Source: Candidatus Latescibacterota bacterium | Lineage (GTDB): Bacteria > Latescibacterota > UBA2968 > GCA-2709665 | Assembly: GCA_965248435.1 (NCBI GenBank) | Contig: OZ252100.1 | Coordinates: 2,592,001 to 2,656,000, forward strand | Direction: 5' to 3' | Length of the DNA stretch: 64,000 bases | Shown here: piece after piece, positions 1 to 8,803 of the stretch | Position numbering within the stretch: position 1 is the first letter of the stretch | Layout: every line of letters starts with the position of its first letter | Notes under the pieces: generated by a model | What the model was told of the DNA's origin: nothing | What the model saw: the letters and a program-made list of their open reading frames with translations, nothing else | The model's database searches: none | Made by a program: the position numbers and the translations under genes

Positions 1-603
1 CTGGAGTCGGCGCGTGTGCGCGTGATGCACGGCCAGTGCGAGCTTCTTCACCAAGTAAGCCGCGGCGCGATGATCATGAGTAAATTCCGATAAGCGATCG
101 TTCAGGCTGCAACCTTCGATGAAATCCATGGTGAAGTACGGCCTGCCGTCTGCGTGGATCCCAACTTCGTGTACCGGGACGATGTAGCTGTGCTTCAGAT
201 TTGCCTGATGCTGCGCTTCTGTGCGAAAGCGCTTAACATCTTCCCGGGTCAGAGATGCGCCGGGCCGTGTGATCTTCAAGGCCACCCATCGCTTGAGGTT
301 GGCATCAAAAGCTTTGTACACGACCCCCATTCCGCCGTGACCCACGTATTGGATCTTCGTGTATCGCGGTTCCTCGCCAAGCACACCGAAGTCTTCAAGA
401 ACGAGTGGAATATCGTCGACGATCCACGGAGGATCTTTCAAGAACCCCTCAGACTCCGCCTTCGCTGCGTGCGGCAAGAGAGCTTCCACCTCGCCACGCA
501 CGTGTGGATCCATTTCGTCGAGGTAGGTTCGGCGCTCGGAGGGTTCGAGCGCCTGTGCCTCCGCGAGGGCATCGGAGACTTCCTCCCAACGTTCAGCGCT
601 CAT
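1..603 (-). CDS. Ser/Thr protein kinase, 5' part (runs off the left edge)
   Basis: Manual translation: MSAERWEEV...VGHGGMGVVYKAFD...VALK...RFRTEAQ...HSYIVPVHEVG...PYFTMDFIEG. Gly-loop and VAxK lysine present; ATG overlaps the sigma-factor stop (ATGA). Not in the ORF track because it is truncated. Confidence 0.92.
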   Translation of the reverse strand, partial: MSAERWEEVSDALAEAQALEPSERRTYLDEMDPHVRGEVEALLPHAAKAESEGFLKDPPWIVDDIPLVLEDFGVLGEEPRYTKIQYVGHGGMGVVYKAFDANLKRWVALKITRPGASLTREDVKRFRTEAQHQANLKHSYIVPVHEVGIHADGRPYFTMDFIEGCSLNDRLSEFTHDHRAAAYLVKKLALAVHHAHTRRLQ

Positions 604-1226
604 GATTCTTCTCCTCGCAAGCGTTGATGAAGCCAGGCCCGAGCGGCGCGCCAGTCTTTTTCCACTGTGGACACGGAAACCCCCAGGTAACCGGCGATCT
701 CTCTCTCCTTGAGACCGCCAAAAAAGCGGAGCGAGACGACCTTGCTCTGTCGCTGGCTTTTCTGTGTGAGTTCGTCAAGGGCTGCGTGCAAGTCTAGATA
801 CTTCACTTTCTGCGTTGCTTCAAGCGCTTCGACCGCCCGGTCCCATATATCCTGTTCGGATCCTTGTCGTTTCGCTAGCCGTCGAGCATGCTCAATAAGG
901 ATGCGGCGCATCGCCAACGCCATGGCGCCGAAAAAATAAGCGCGATTTGGGGCTTTAAAGTTGCCCTTGCTGAAAATTCTGATCCACGCCTCATGCACTA
1001 TCGACGACGCCTGGCACATGGCATTCGTTCGCTCCCTGAAGAGCTTTCCGCGGGCCATCTCCTTAAGCTCCTCATAGACCTGTTCGATGAGTTGATGCTT
1101 TGCAACCGGATCACCTGCCGCCGCATTCTGAATAAGTCGCGTCAGCTCTCCGGCGGACTGGAGGTCCATGGAATTCACCTCCTGCGACGAGTCTCTTTCC
1201 GCATCATCAGGGGGTCTTTTTTCCAT
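600..1226 (-). CDS. ECF sigma factor, STK-associated (TIGR02999-like) type
   Basis: VYEELKEMA, VHEAWIR, NRAYFFGAMALAMRRILIEHARR, LRFFGGL..EIA..LGVSVSTVEKDWRAARAWL; true start may be the internal Met (MDLQSAG). Confidence 0.9.
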   Translation of the reverse strand: MEKRPPDDAERDSSQEVNSMDLQSAGELTRLIQNAAAGDPVAKHQLIEQVYEELKEMARGKLFRERTNAMCQASSIVHEAWIRIFSKGNFKAPNRAYFFGAMALAMRRILIEHARRLAKRQGSEQDIWDRAVEALEATQKVKYLDLHAALDELTQKSQRQSKVVSLRFFGGLKEREIAGYLGVSVSTVEKDWRAARAWLHQRLRGEES

Positions 1227-1514
1227 CTATGCGACTCCTCCTGCCACACTCTATACATACATGCGTCGAGAATCACCGAAATCCGTAACGGATTTTCCAA
1301 CCTTCCACATTTTGTGCAACTCGATGTAGTCGCAAAAGTTAGGGACTGTATGCCGCACACAGGGGAATCCACGCCCGGCCCGCGGATCACGTTGGAGGGC
1401 CGCAAGCTACCTTTGCCTATGGTTTGGGCCGGGGCCGGCGTGAGGGGAAGATCAAGGCCCGTAGAAACCACAGGATCTTCCAACCGCGGTGCTGAAGGCG
1501 AGTCCGGGACTCCT

Positions 1515-2591
1515 TCAGGCGCGTTGTTGATTGCCGTGAAGCCGGATCGTCTCGGAGGTCCAGCGCGGGTCCCGGATTCGCTGCTTCGTCTTCCGGGCGA
1601 CTTCCTCCGTGAATTCCGACGTCGAGCAGCTACCCCGTAGATCCGGTGTGCAAACGCCTTCCCGCAGAAGATCTAGGCAGGAGTTCTTGATGGCGCTCGC
1701 CGGTCTGACCTCGCCGAGGTGGTACAACAGCAGGGCGAAGGCCAGAAAGATTGCAGTCGGGTTGGCTTTTCCTTGGCCCGAGATGTCGGGCGCCGTCCCG
1801 TGGGCAGCGTCGTAGAGTCCTACTCGAATGTTACCCTTTGCGTCGAATCCATAGTTTCCGCTCGCGCCGATGCCAAGGGAGCCGATCAGCCCGCACGCCA
1901 TATCCGAGAGAAAGTCTCCGTATTCGTTAAGCACCAGGACAACCTTGAAATCCTGAGGACGCAGCACGATCTTTGCCAGGAGCGCGTCGAATAGCTCGAT
2001 ATGGTGGGAGACGTCGTCGTAGCGTTGCGCTACCGTCCGAACGATCGATTCAAAGAGACCGTCCGTGACCTTCTGGATCGTGTGCTTCGAGGAAGACGTG
2101 ACGCTCTTCTTTGTCTTCCTGGCCAAGTCGAAAGCGAACGACGCCGCCTGGAGGCAGGGTTCTCGTTCGATGATCCGGAGGGAAACCGCGGCCTCGTGCC
2201 CGATCATCTGTCCGGGATCGTCGTATGTGCCGCCGGTCGCGATGCGCACGATATCAAGGTCGAGTTCCTCTTTGAAATTCGACGGGATCCCTGGGATGGT
2301 CTGGACGGGACGGTGGATAACGTGGAGTCGTAGCCGTTTGCGAAGTACTTGATTCGGGCTTTCGCGGACCGTGGCGGTCGGATGTTTGAGCGCAACGCTC
2401 GTCTTTTCGATGGCCTCTACTATTTCATCATAGAGAGCCATTCCCTCCGCGTCGCGCCGTTCGACGCTGAGGTCGAATGGCCGCCAGTCGATCCCGAACG
2501 GAAGTGCTTGTTCGGCGAGGTGGTGGACCGCCTCCGAGAGCTCCGACCCGATCCCATCGCCGAGAAGTTCAACGACCGAATAGGATTTCAT
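1515..2591 (-). CDS. Isocitrate/isopropylmalate dehydrogenase family protein
   Basis: LLGDGIGSE, NEYGDFLSD, HGTAPDISGQGKANP motifs. Confidence 0.9.
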   Translation of the reverse strand: MKSYSVVELLGDGIGSELSEAVHHLAEQALPFGIDWRPFDLSVERRDAEGMALYDEIVEAIEKTSVALKHPTATVRESPNQVLRKRLRLHVIHRPVQTIPGIPSNFKEELDLDIVRIATGGTYDDPGQMIGHEAAVSLRIIEREPCLQAASFAFDLARKTKKSVTSSSKHTIQKVTDGLFESIVRTVAQRYDDVSHHIELFDALLAKIVLRPQDFKVVLVLNEYGDFLSDMACGLIGSLGIGASGNYGFDAKGNIRVGLYDAAHGTAPDISGQGKANPTAIFLAFALLLYHLGEVRPASAIKNSCLDLLREGVCTPDLRGSCSTSEFTEEVARKTKQRIRDPRWTSETIRLHGNQQRA

Positions 2592-2818
2592 ATGTACACC
2601 TCCTCTTCTATCATTAGTATATAATCAGCCTATTCAAGAATTTTGAAACAATTCATAAAGGTAGAATGGGGAAGCTACAATATAATCCTGCAAATTCGCC
2701 TCGCCAAACTCTGATGATGTTCTAATTGCCGACGGCGATTATGGTCACAGGTGGGTCACAGGCTTTAAGGTAAGAGAAGAGGGCTTGCACCCTCATCAGT
2801 GCAAGCCCTTGTTTTATT

Positions 2819-2895
2819 TGGTCGGGGCGGCGGGATTTGAACCCACGACCCCCTGCTCCCAAAGCAGGTGCTCTACCGGGCTGAGCCACGCCCCG
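2819..2895 (-). tRNA. tRNA-Pro(TGG)
   Basis: Reverse complement CGGGGCGTGGCTCAG...CCTGC-TTTGGGA-GCAGG...GGTTCAAATCC...CCCCGACCA; 77 nt with encoded CCA. Confidence 0.97.
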
Positions 2896-3071
2896 ACCGT
2901 CAGGATGCGTCTATGTTCATTCAACTTCTCTTACTGAGAACGATGCCACTCACAAGGCTTGCATTTGCCTCAGATAACGCGTGATGCACGGACGGCGGAC
3001 GACAGACGCCTGCCCCGAGCCCTGTCGAGGGGGCAGACCGCCTAAAGGCAGACGACCGACAGCGGAACGCT

Positions 3072-3368
3072 TCATCTGGTGCTCGCCACTCGTGTCAGTG
3101 GGGTAACGGTCGGTTCTTCCTCGCACCTTTCTTCGACTCCCGAGACATACTCTTCAAAGAAGGCGTAAAGCTGGAGCATTTTTTCCGCTTCCTCATCTTC
3201 GAACGTGGTGATGTTGTAGAAGGAAACCCCGTCCGGAAGCTCGTAACTCGTGTACTCGATCTTCGAATCGTGCAGCTCCTTGATCTGCTTCACAAATTCA
3301 CGTACGGCGGCTCTATGCTCGTCCACCCTGTCAGGCTTCACGCAAAACTGTATAAGGAAATCCATCAT
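3072..3368 (-). CDS. Small dimeric alpha/beta-barrel (ABM-like) protein
   Basis: 98 aa, F-x-VKPD start, acidic, pattern typical of ABM-fold proteins; GGAG RBS. Confidence 0.6.
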   Translation of the reverse strand: MMDFLIQFCVKPDRVDEHRAAVREFVKQIKELHDSKIEYTSYELPDGVSFYNITTFEDEEAEKMLQLYAFFEEYVSGVEERCEEEPTVTPLTRVASTR

Positions 3369-3480
3369 CTCCTCCAGAACACGAAAACTGATTCACGAGG
3401 CGCACTAGGATCCCTGCCCCGGCGAAAAAGTAAGCGACTTGGGGAAACCTGTCAACGGAATTCGGTGGTTTCTTTCGCCC

Positions 3481-3509
3481 TTGCGATCACCTTTGCGGCG
3501 TGTTAGCTT
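3481..3509 (+). promoter_or_regulatory. Putative sigma70 promoter for the dipeptidase cluster
   Basis: TTGCGA-17 bp-TAGCTT with an extended TG. Confidence 0.4.
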
Positions 3510-3540
3510 AACAGTTCTTGCAACGAAGGGCGAAAGAAAC

Positions 3541-3622
3541 CGGACGGTAGACAACGGACGGCAGACCGCAGAATGAATTGACCGATTCCTGTGGTACTAC
3601 GCGGTCCGCGGTCTGTGGTCTG
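3541..3622. repeat. Heptamer-arm (GCAGACC/GGTCTGC) REP-like element, copy 1
   Basis: Tandem G(C/T)AGAC(C/G) units on the left and inverted GCGGTC(C/T) units on the right; related copies at 13420, 28583 and 36203. Confidence 0.65.
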
Positions 3623-3642
3623 CAGTCATGGAGAGCGTCTTC

Positions 3643-4764
3643 ATGTCTATGCTAATCATAGATGGCCATCTAGACCTGGCCTTCAACGGCCTCTTTAATC
3701 GCCGTGACCAGAGGCAGCCCGCAATGGTCCTGCGCAATCGGGAGGACATCTTTCTAAGCGGCCCTTCCGCTGACCCGGAGGCCGTACTCATTAAAGAAAA
3801 TGCCTGGGCGGACAAGCAGCACGGCATGGCCACGGTCTCCCTTCCAGACATGCGCAGGGGTCACGTCGGCATAGGGCTGATTACGATCATGTCGCGTATC
3901 CAGCTGCCCGGTCCGAACAGTCACAACTCCGTGCGAACGCAGGCGGTCGCTCACGCGCAGGGCATCTCCCACCTGGCCTACTACGAAGCCCTGGAGCGCG
4001 AAGGCGAAGTTCGGTTCATCAAGTCCGTAAAAGACCTGGATGTATCTGTCGCGGAGTGGGAGAATCCAACTCCGGAGACTCCCATCGGTCTGATCCTTTC
4101 CATGGAGGGGGCCGACCCGATTCTCGGGCCGGACAACGTTCAGGACTGGTGGGAGGCCGGACTCCGATCCGTCTCCCTCACCCACTTCGGGGCCAACACC
4201 TACGGTCACGGCACGGGAACCGAAGGCGGACTCTACACGCCTGCCTTTCCCCTGATGGACGCCCTGCGAGACGCGGGCGTCATGCTGGACGTGACCCACT
4301 CCGCCGACCTCGCCTTCTGGCAGCTGCTTGACTACTGGGACGGACCCATCCACGCCAGCCACTGCAACTGCCGCGCCCTCGTTCCGGTCCAGCGGATGTT
4401 GACGGACGAGATGATCAAAGCGCTTTGCGAGCGCGACGCCGTGATCGGCGTCGTCTTCGCCGATACGTTCGTGAATCCGAACGCGCACATGTTCGGGCCC
4501 ACAACCGCCATGACCCGGCCGATGAGCGCCAACGTCGAACACATCGACCACATCTGCCAGCTCACCGGAAACACCGACCACGTCGCTATCGGAAGCGACC
4601 TGGACGGCGGCTTCGGTCGCGAGAAGTCTCCCTGTGACCTGGACACCATCGCAGACCTGCAGGGCTTCCTGGACGCCCTGAGACAGCGCGGATACAGCGA
4701 GGACGACGTCGCCAAGATCGCCCACGGCAACACGCTGCGGCTTTTCAGGAAAGCGTGGAGTTGA
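3643..4764 (+). CDS. Membrane dipeptidase (peptidase M19) paralog 1
   Basis: DGHLD, SMEG, DVTH, ASHCN, GSDLDGG metal/catalytic motifs; start chosen by GGAGAG RBS. Confidence 0.92.
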   Translation: MSMLIIDGHLDLAFNGLFNRRDQRQPAMVLRNREDIFLSGPSADPEAVLIKENAWADKQHGMATVSLPDMRRGHVGIGLITIMSRIQLPGPNSHNSVRTQAVAHAQGISHLAYYEALEREGEVRFIKSVKDLDVSVAEWENPTPETPIGLILSMEGADPILGPDNVQDWWEAGLRSVSLTHFGANTYGHGTGTEGGLYTPAFPLMDALRDAGVMLDVTHSADLAFWQLLDYWDGPIHASHCNCRALVPVQRMLTDEMIKALCERDAVIGVVFADTFVNPNAHMFGPTTAMTRPMSANVEHIDHICQLTGNTDHVAIGSDLDGGFGREKSPCDLDTIADLQGFLDALRQRGYSEDDVAKIAHGNTLRLFRKAWS

Positions 4765-4782
4765 TCAAGCCAAATCTCTTCC

Positions 4783-4838
4783 TTGTCCCGATCTCTCGAT
4801 ACACGGCGCGCGGAGATAGGAACCTCATCAGCGCCGCA
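4783..4838 (+). repeat. 56-bp intergenic direct repeat, copy 1
   Basis: Matches 6168-6223 with 2 mismatches. Confidence 0.9.
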
Positions 4839-4985
4839 CTCGAGGTTCCAGTTCTTTTGCGTAAGGTGATTCTGTGATTTCTTTGTCGGTTTCCCTTCAT
4901 CATTCGGTACGACGTCGACTTTTTTCGTGCCTTTCGTGATCCTTCGTGCAATTTCGTGATCCAGCTTTTACGAACGACGGTTTTG

Positions 4986-5015
4986 CGGTACCCGGTACCC
5001 GTGTTTTGATTTCCC
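4986..5015 (+). repeat. 30-bp intergenic direct repeat, copy 1
   Basis: CGGTACCCGGTACCCGTGTTTTGATTTCCC, identical at 6252-6281. Confidence 0.9.
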
Positions 5016-5037
5016 TGTACCCGATCATTGCGCCTTT

Positions 5038-6162
5038 ATGCCCACTCTAATCATAGACGGCCATCTAGACCTGGCCCACAACGCCCTCTTCCACCGCCGG
5101 GACCAGACGCAGCCGGTCGAAGTCCTTCGCGAGCGGGACGACGGGTTCCTCCTGGGGCCCACAGCCGACCCGGAGGCGGTCCTGGTCCGTTACGACCCCT
5201 GGGCTGACACGCCAAAAGGGATTGCAACCGTCTCCTTTCCAGAGATGCGAAAGGGACACGTCGGCATCGCGCTCGGGACGATCATGGCCCGTGTGCAGGA
5301 ACCGGGTCCGAAGCGTGGCGAAACGGACCGTACTCAGGCCGCGGCTCACGCTCGCGGCATGGGCCACCTGGCCTACTACCGCGCCCTGGAGCGAGAGGGC
5401 CAGATCCGGTTCATCAAATCCACAAAAGATCTGAATGCCTCCGTCGCGGAGTGGGACAATCCGACTCCGGAGACGCCCATCGGCCTGATTCTCACCATGG
5501 AGAGCGCCGACCCCATCCTCGGGCCCGACAACGTGGAGGACTGGTGGGAGGCCGGACTCCGCTCCGTCTCCCTTACCCATTTCGGAGCCAACACCTACGG
5601 CCACGGAACGGGCACCGTCGGGGGGCTGTATCCTCCCGCCTTCCCGTTGATGGATGCCCTGCGTGCGGCAGGTGTCATCCTTGACGTCACCCACGCCTCC
5701 GACCTGGCCCTCCGTCAGATCCTGGACTACTGGGACGGTCCGATCCACGCCAGCCACTGCAACTGCCGCGCACTCGTCGACATTCAGCGCCTCCTGACTG
5801 ACGACATCATCAAGGAGCTCTGCAAGCGCGGAGGCGTGATCGGTGTCGTCTTCGTCGAGAACTTCATCAACCCTGCGACCGCGGCCCTGGCTAGCGTACC
5901 GCCCGCTTCCACTCGGCCGATGAGCGCGGTCGTGGATCACATCGATCACATCTGCCAGCTCGCGGGAAACGCCGACCACGTCGCCATCGGAAGCGACCTG
6001 GACGGCGGGTTCGGGCGGGAGTATTCGCCCACCGACATGGACAGCATCGCAGATCTGCAGAAGTTCCTGGGCATATTGCAACAGCGGGGATACAGCGAGG
6101 AGGACGTCACTAAGATCGCCCACGGCAACATGCTTCGTCTCTTTGGAAGCGCCTGGCAGTGA
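5038..6162 (+). CDS. Membrane dipeptidase (peptidase M19) paralog 2
   Basis: DGHLD, TMES, DVTH, ASHCN, GSDLDGG; closest to paralog 1. Confidence 0.92.
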   Translation: MPTLIIDGHLDLAHNALFHRRDQTQPVEVLRERDDGFLLGPTADPEAVLVRYDPWADTPKGIATVSFPEMRKGHVGIALGTIMARVQEPGPKRGETDRTQAAAHARGMGHLAYYRALEREGQIRFIKSTKDLNASVAEWDNPTPETPIGLILTMESADPILGPDNVEDWWEAGLRSVSLTHFGANTYGHGTGTVGGLYPPAFPLMDALRAAGVILDVTHASDLALRQILDYWDGPIHASHCNCRALVDIQRLLTDDIIKELCKRGGVIGVVFVENFINPATAALASVPPASTRPMSAVVDHIDHICQLAGNADHVAIGSDLDGGFGREYSPTDMDSIADLQKFLGILQQRGYSEEDVTKIAHGNMLRLFGSAWQ

Positions 6163-6167
6163 TTGCG

Positions 6168-6223
6168 TTGTCCCGATCTCTCGATACACGGCGCGCGGGG
6201 ATAGGATCCTCATCAGCGCCGCA
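6168..6223 (+). repeat. 56-bp intergenic direct repeat, copy 2
   Basis: Matches 4783-4838. Confidence 0.9.
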
Positions 6224-6251
6224 AACCACGAAAGAAGAGCGACGACCTTTC

Positions 6252-6281
6252 CGGTACCCGGTACCCGTGTTTTGATTTCCC
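6252..6281 (+). repeat. 30-bp intergenic direct repeat, copy 2
   Basis: Identical to 4986-5015. Confidence 0.9.
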
Positions 6282-6315
6282 GGTACCCCGAATAACCTCT
6301 GTTACTCGAGCGCCC

Positions 6316-7410
6316 ATGCCTGATAAACCCCTCCTCATCGCCGACAGCCATCTCGACCTCGGCTTCACTGCGCTTCAGGTCAACCGAGACCTCACGGTGC
6401 CGGCAGCGACTGTTCGCACACACGACCCACCTTCGGTCATGCGGACCTTTGGGAGCTGTACCGTCACCTTTCCCGAGCTCAGAAAGGGAAACGTCGGGCT
6501 CGTCTTCGGAACCGCGACAGCCAAAGTCGGACCGAAGGACAACTGGACTGGACTCGGCATGTACGACCAGACCCAGTGCTACGGCATGGTCAGGGGCCAC
6601 GTCGCTTACTACCAGGCCATGGAGCGGGAAGGCGTCATCCGGATGATCCGTTCCGCCCAGGATCTGGATCAATTGCTCGCGAGCTGGGAAGACCCCGCCC
6701 CCGACACCCCGATCGGCCTCGTGCTGGCCCTGGAAGGCTGTGACGGCATTCGGGATCCCGAGCAGGTGCCGGAGTGGTACGACCTGGGTGTGCGCGTGTC
6801 CGGCCTCAGCCACTACGGCGTGAGCCGATACGCCCACGGCACCGGTACGGAGGGGGGGCTCAAGCCCATAGCCAAACCCCTCCTGGACGCCTTCCGCGAG
6901 GCCGGCATCATCGTCGATCTCACTCACCTGAGCGACCAGTCTCATTGGGAGGTGATGGACTATTACGACGGTCCCGTCCTCGCTTCCCACAGCAACTGCC
7001 GCGCGCTCGTGCACAACCAGCGCCAGTTCAGCGACGACATGATCAAGTCCATCATCGAGCGGGGCGGGGTAATCGGCGCCGCCTTCGACGTCTGGATGCT
7101 GGACCCCGAGTGGGGTCACGAAACGCCAGCCCACGAACAGATCACGAATGCGACCCTGGAAACGGTCGCGGATCACATCGACCACGTCTGCGAGCTCGCG
7201 GGCAACGCGCACCACGCCGCGCTCGGGACCGACCTGGACGGCGGCTGGGGTACCGAACAGGCCCCGCGTGACCTGAACACGATCGCGGACCTCCAGAAAT
7301 TTGCGGAGATCTTCACGCACAGAGGCTACTCGGAAGAAGACGTCAGCAATGTCCTCTCAGGGAACTGGATCCGGCTCTTGAAGGAAGTGTGGAGCGAGAA
7401 GGAAGGCTAG
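6316..7410 (+). CDS. Membrane dipeptidase (peptidase M19) paralog 3
   Basis: DSHLD, ALEG, DLTH, ASHSN, GTDLDGG. Confidence 0.92.
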   Translation: MPDKPLLIADSHLDLGFTALQVNRDLTVPAATVRTHDPPSVMRTFGSCTVTFPELRKGNVGLVFGTATAKVGPKDNWTGLGMYDQTQCYGMVRGHVAYYQAMEREGVIRMIRSAQDLDQLLASWEDPAPDTPIGLVLALEGCDGIRDPEQVPEWYDLGVRVSGLSHYGVSRYAHGTGTEGGLKPIAKPLLDAFREAGIIVDLTHLSDQSHWEVMDYYDGPVLASHSNCRALVHNQRQFSDDMIKSIIERGGVIGAAFDVWMLDPEWGHETPAHEQITNATLETVADHIDHVCELAGNAHHAALGTDLDGGWGTEQAPRDLNTIADLQKFAEIFTHRGYSEEDVSNVLSGNWIRLLKEVWSEKEG

Positions 7411-7413
7411 GGG

Positions 7414-7531
7414 CCCTCACCCTGCCTCGCTGTCGCTCGGCATCCCTCTCCCATAAACGGGAAAGGGAAAAACAAAGCGCATCGCCATCTCCCCTCTCCC
7501 ACGTGTGGGAGAGGGGTTGGGGGTGAGGGCC
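7414..7531. repeat. REP-like palindromic element (CCCTCTCCC...GGGAGAGGG family)
   Basis: CCCTCACC...CCCTCTCCC/GGGA(A/G)AGGG hairpins...GGGTGAGGG. Confidence 0.6.
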
Positions 7532-7566
7532 TCCAGCGAATAACGATTTTAATCCTGGTCCTATTC

Positions 7567-8661
7567 ATGACTGACAAACCCATATTCATCGCCGACGGTC
7601 ATCTCGACCTCGCCTTCACCGCGCTGCACGCCAATCGTGACCTCACCCAGCCGGCTGCGACCGTTCGTACCCACGACTCGCCGAAAGTCATGCAGACCTA
7701 CGGCAGCAGCACCACCACATTCCACGAACTCCACAAGGGTCACGTCGGACTCGTCATCGCGACGGCGACCGCCAGGCTGGCCCCGAAAGACAACTGGACC
7801 CGCATCGGGATGTATACCCAGGCACAGTGCTACGGCGTCGCGTGCAGTCACGCCGCATACTACCACGCCATGGAACGGGAGGGCGTCATCCGAATCGTCC
7901 GCTCCGTGCAGGACCTGGATGAAGTCATCGCCAGCTGGAAGGACCCCGCACCCGATACCCCCATCGGCCTCGTCCTCGCACTGGAAGGGTGCGACCCCAT
8001 TCTTGACCCCGATCAGGTCCCGGAGTGGTACGACATGGGCCTCCGCGTCGCCAGCCTCTCTCACTACGGCGTCACCAGCTATGCCCACGGAAGCGGTACA
8101 GAAGGGGGCCTCCTCCCACCCGCCAAGCCCCTCCTGGATGCCTTCAGTGAGTTTGGCATCATCGTTGACCTCTCCCACCTGACCGACCAGTCCTACTGGG
8201 AGCTCCTGGACATCTACGACGGTCCCGTCCTCGCCTCCCACTGCAACTGCCGCGCCCTCGTGCCTGACCAGCGCCAGCTCAGCGACGACATGCTAAAGGC
8301 CGTCATCGAGCGAGGTGGCGTAATCGGTTCCGCGTTCGACTCCTGGATGCTGGACACCGAGTGGAAGCACACCGCGGCCCCTTATCATCAGATTTCAAAT
8401 GCCACACTCGAGACCGTCGCCGATCACATCGATCACGTCTGTGAGGTCGCTGGCAACGCGCGCCACGCCGGACTCGGCACCGACGTGGATGCCGGCTTCG
8501 GCACCGAACAGACCCCGCGTGACTTCAACACAAGCCCCGACCTGCAAAAATTCAGAGAAATCTTCGAACGCAGGGGATACTCTGAAGAAGATGTCCGAAA
8601 CATCCTCTCCGGAAACTGGATTCGGCTCCTGAGAAAGGTCTGGAGCAATCAGGCAGGCTGA
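7567..8661 (+). CDS. Membrane dipeptidase (peptidase M19) paralog 4
   Basis: DGHLD, ALEG, DLSH, ASHCN, GTDVDAG; closest to paralog 3. Confidence 0.92.
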   Translation: MTDKPIFIADGHLDLAFTALHANRDLTQPAATVRTHDSPKVMQTYGSSTTTFHELHKGHVGLVIATATARLAPKDNWTRIGMYTQAQCYGVACSHAAYYHAMEREGVIRIVRSVQDLDEVIASWKDPAPDTPIGLVLALEGCDPILDPDQVPEWYDMGLRVASLSHYGVTSYAHGSGTEGGLLPPAKPLLDAFSEFGIIVDLSHLTDQSYWELLDIYDGPVLASHCNCRALVPDQRQLSDDMLKAVIERGGVIGSAFDSWMLDTEWKHTAAPYHQISNATLETVADHIDHVCEVAGNARHAGLGTDVDAGFGTEQTPRDFNTSPDLQKFREIFERRGYSEEDVRNILSGNWIRLLRKVWSNQAG

Positions 8662-8668
8662 AACCAGA

Positions 8669-8802
8669 CCTCTCCCCCCCGGCCCCTCTCCTAAAGGAGA
8701 GGGAAGACAAACGTGATACATTTGGACCGAACAGAATCTGTTCCCCCTTCCCTTTAGGGAAGCATGTCCCGAGCTTGCCGAGGGAGGGGCTAGGGGGTTA
8801 GG
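8669..8802. repeat. REPIN-like element carrying the nested GCATGTCCCGAGCTTGCCGAGGGAG module
   Basis: CCCCTCTCCTAAAGGAGAGGG left hairpin; right hairpin interrupted at 8762-8786. Confidence 0.65.
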
Positions 8803-8803
8803 T

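Noticed and set aside
4783-6281. Possible CRISPR array from the 30-bp and 56-bp repeats
   Set aside because: Only two copies separated by a whole gene; no regular spacers and no cas genes.
5065-7320. 751-aa minus-strand ORF (and similar long antisense ORFs at 3754, 22438, 24045, 32475)
   Set aside because: Shadow frames of GC-rich sense genes, with no recognisable motifs.
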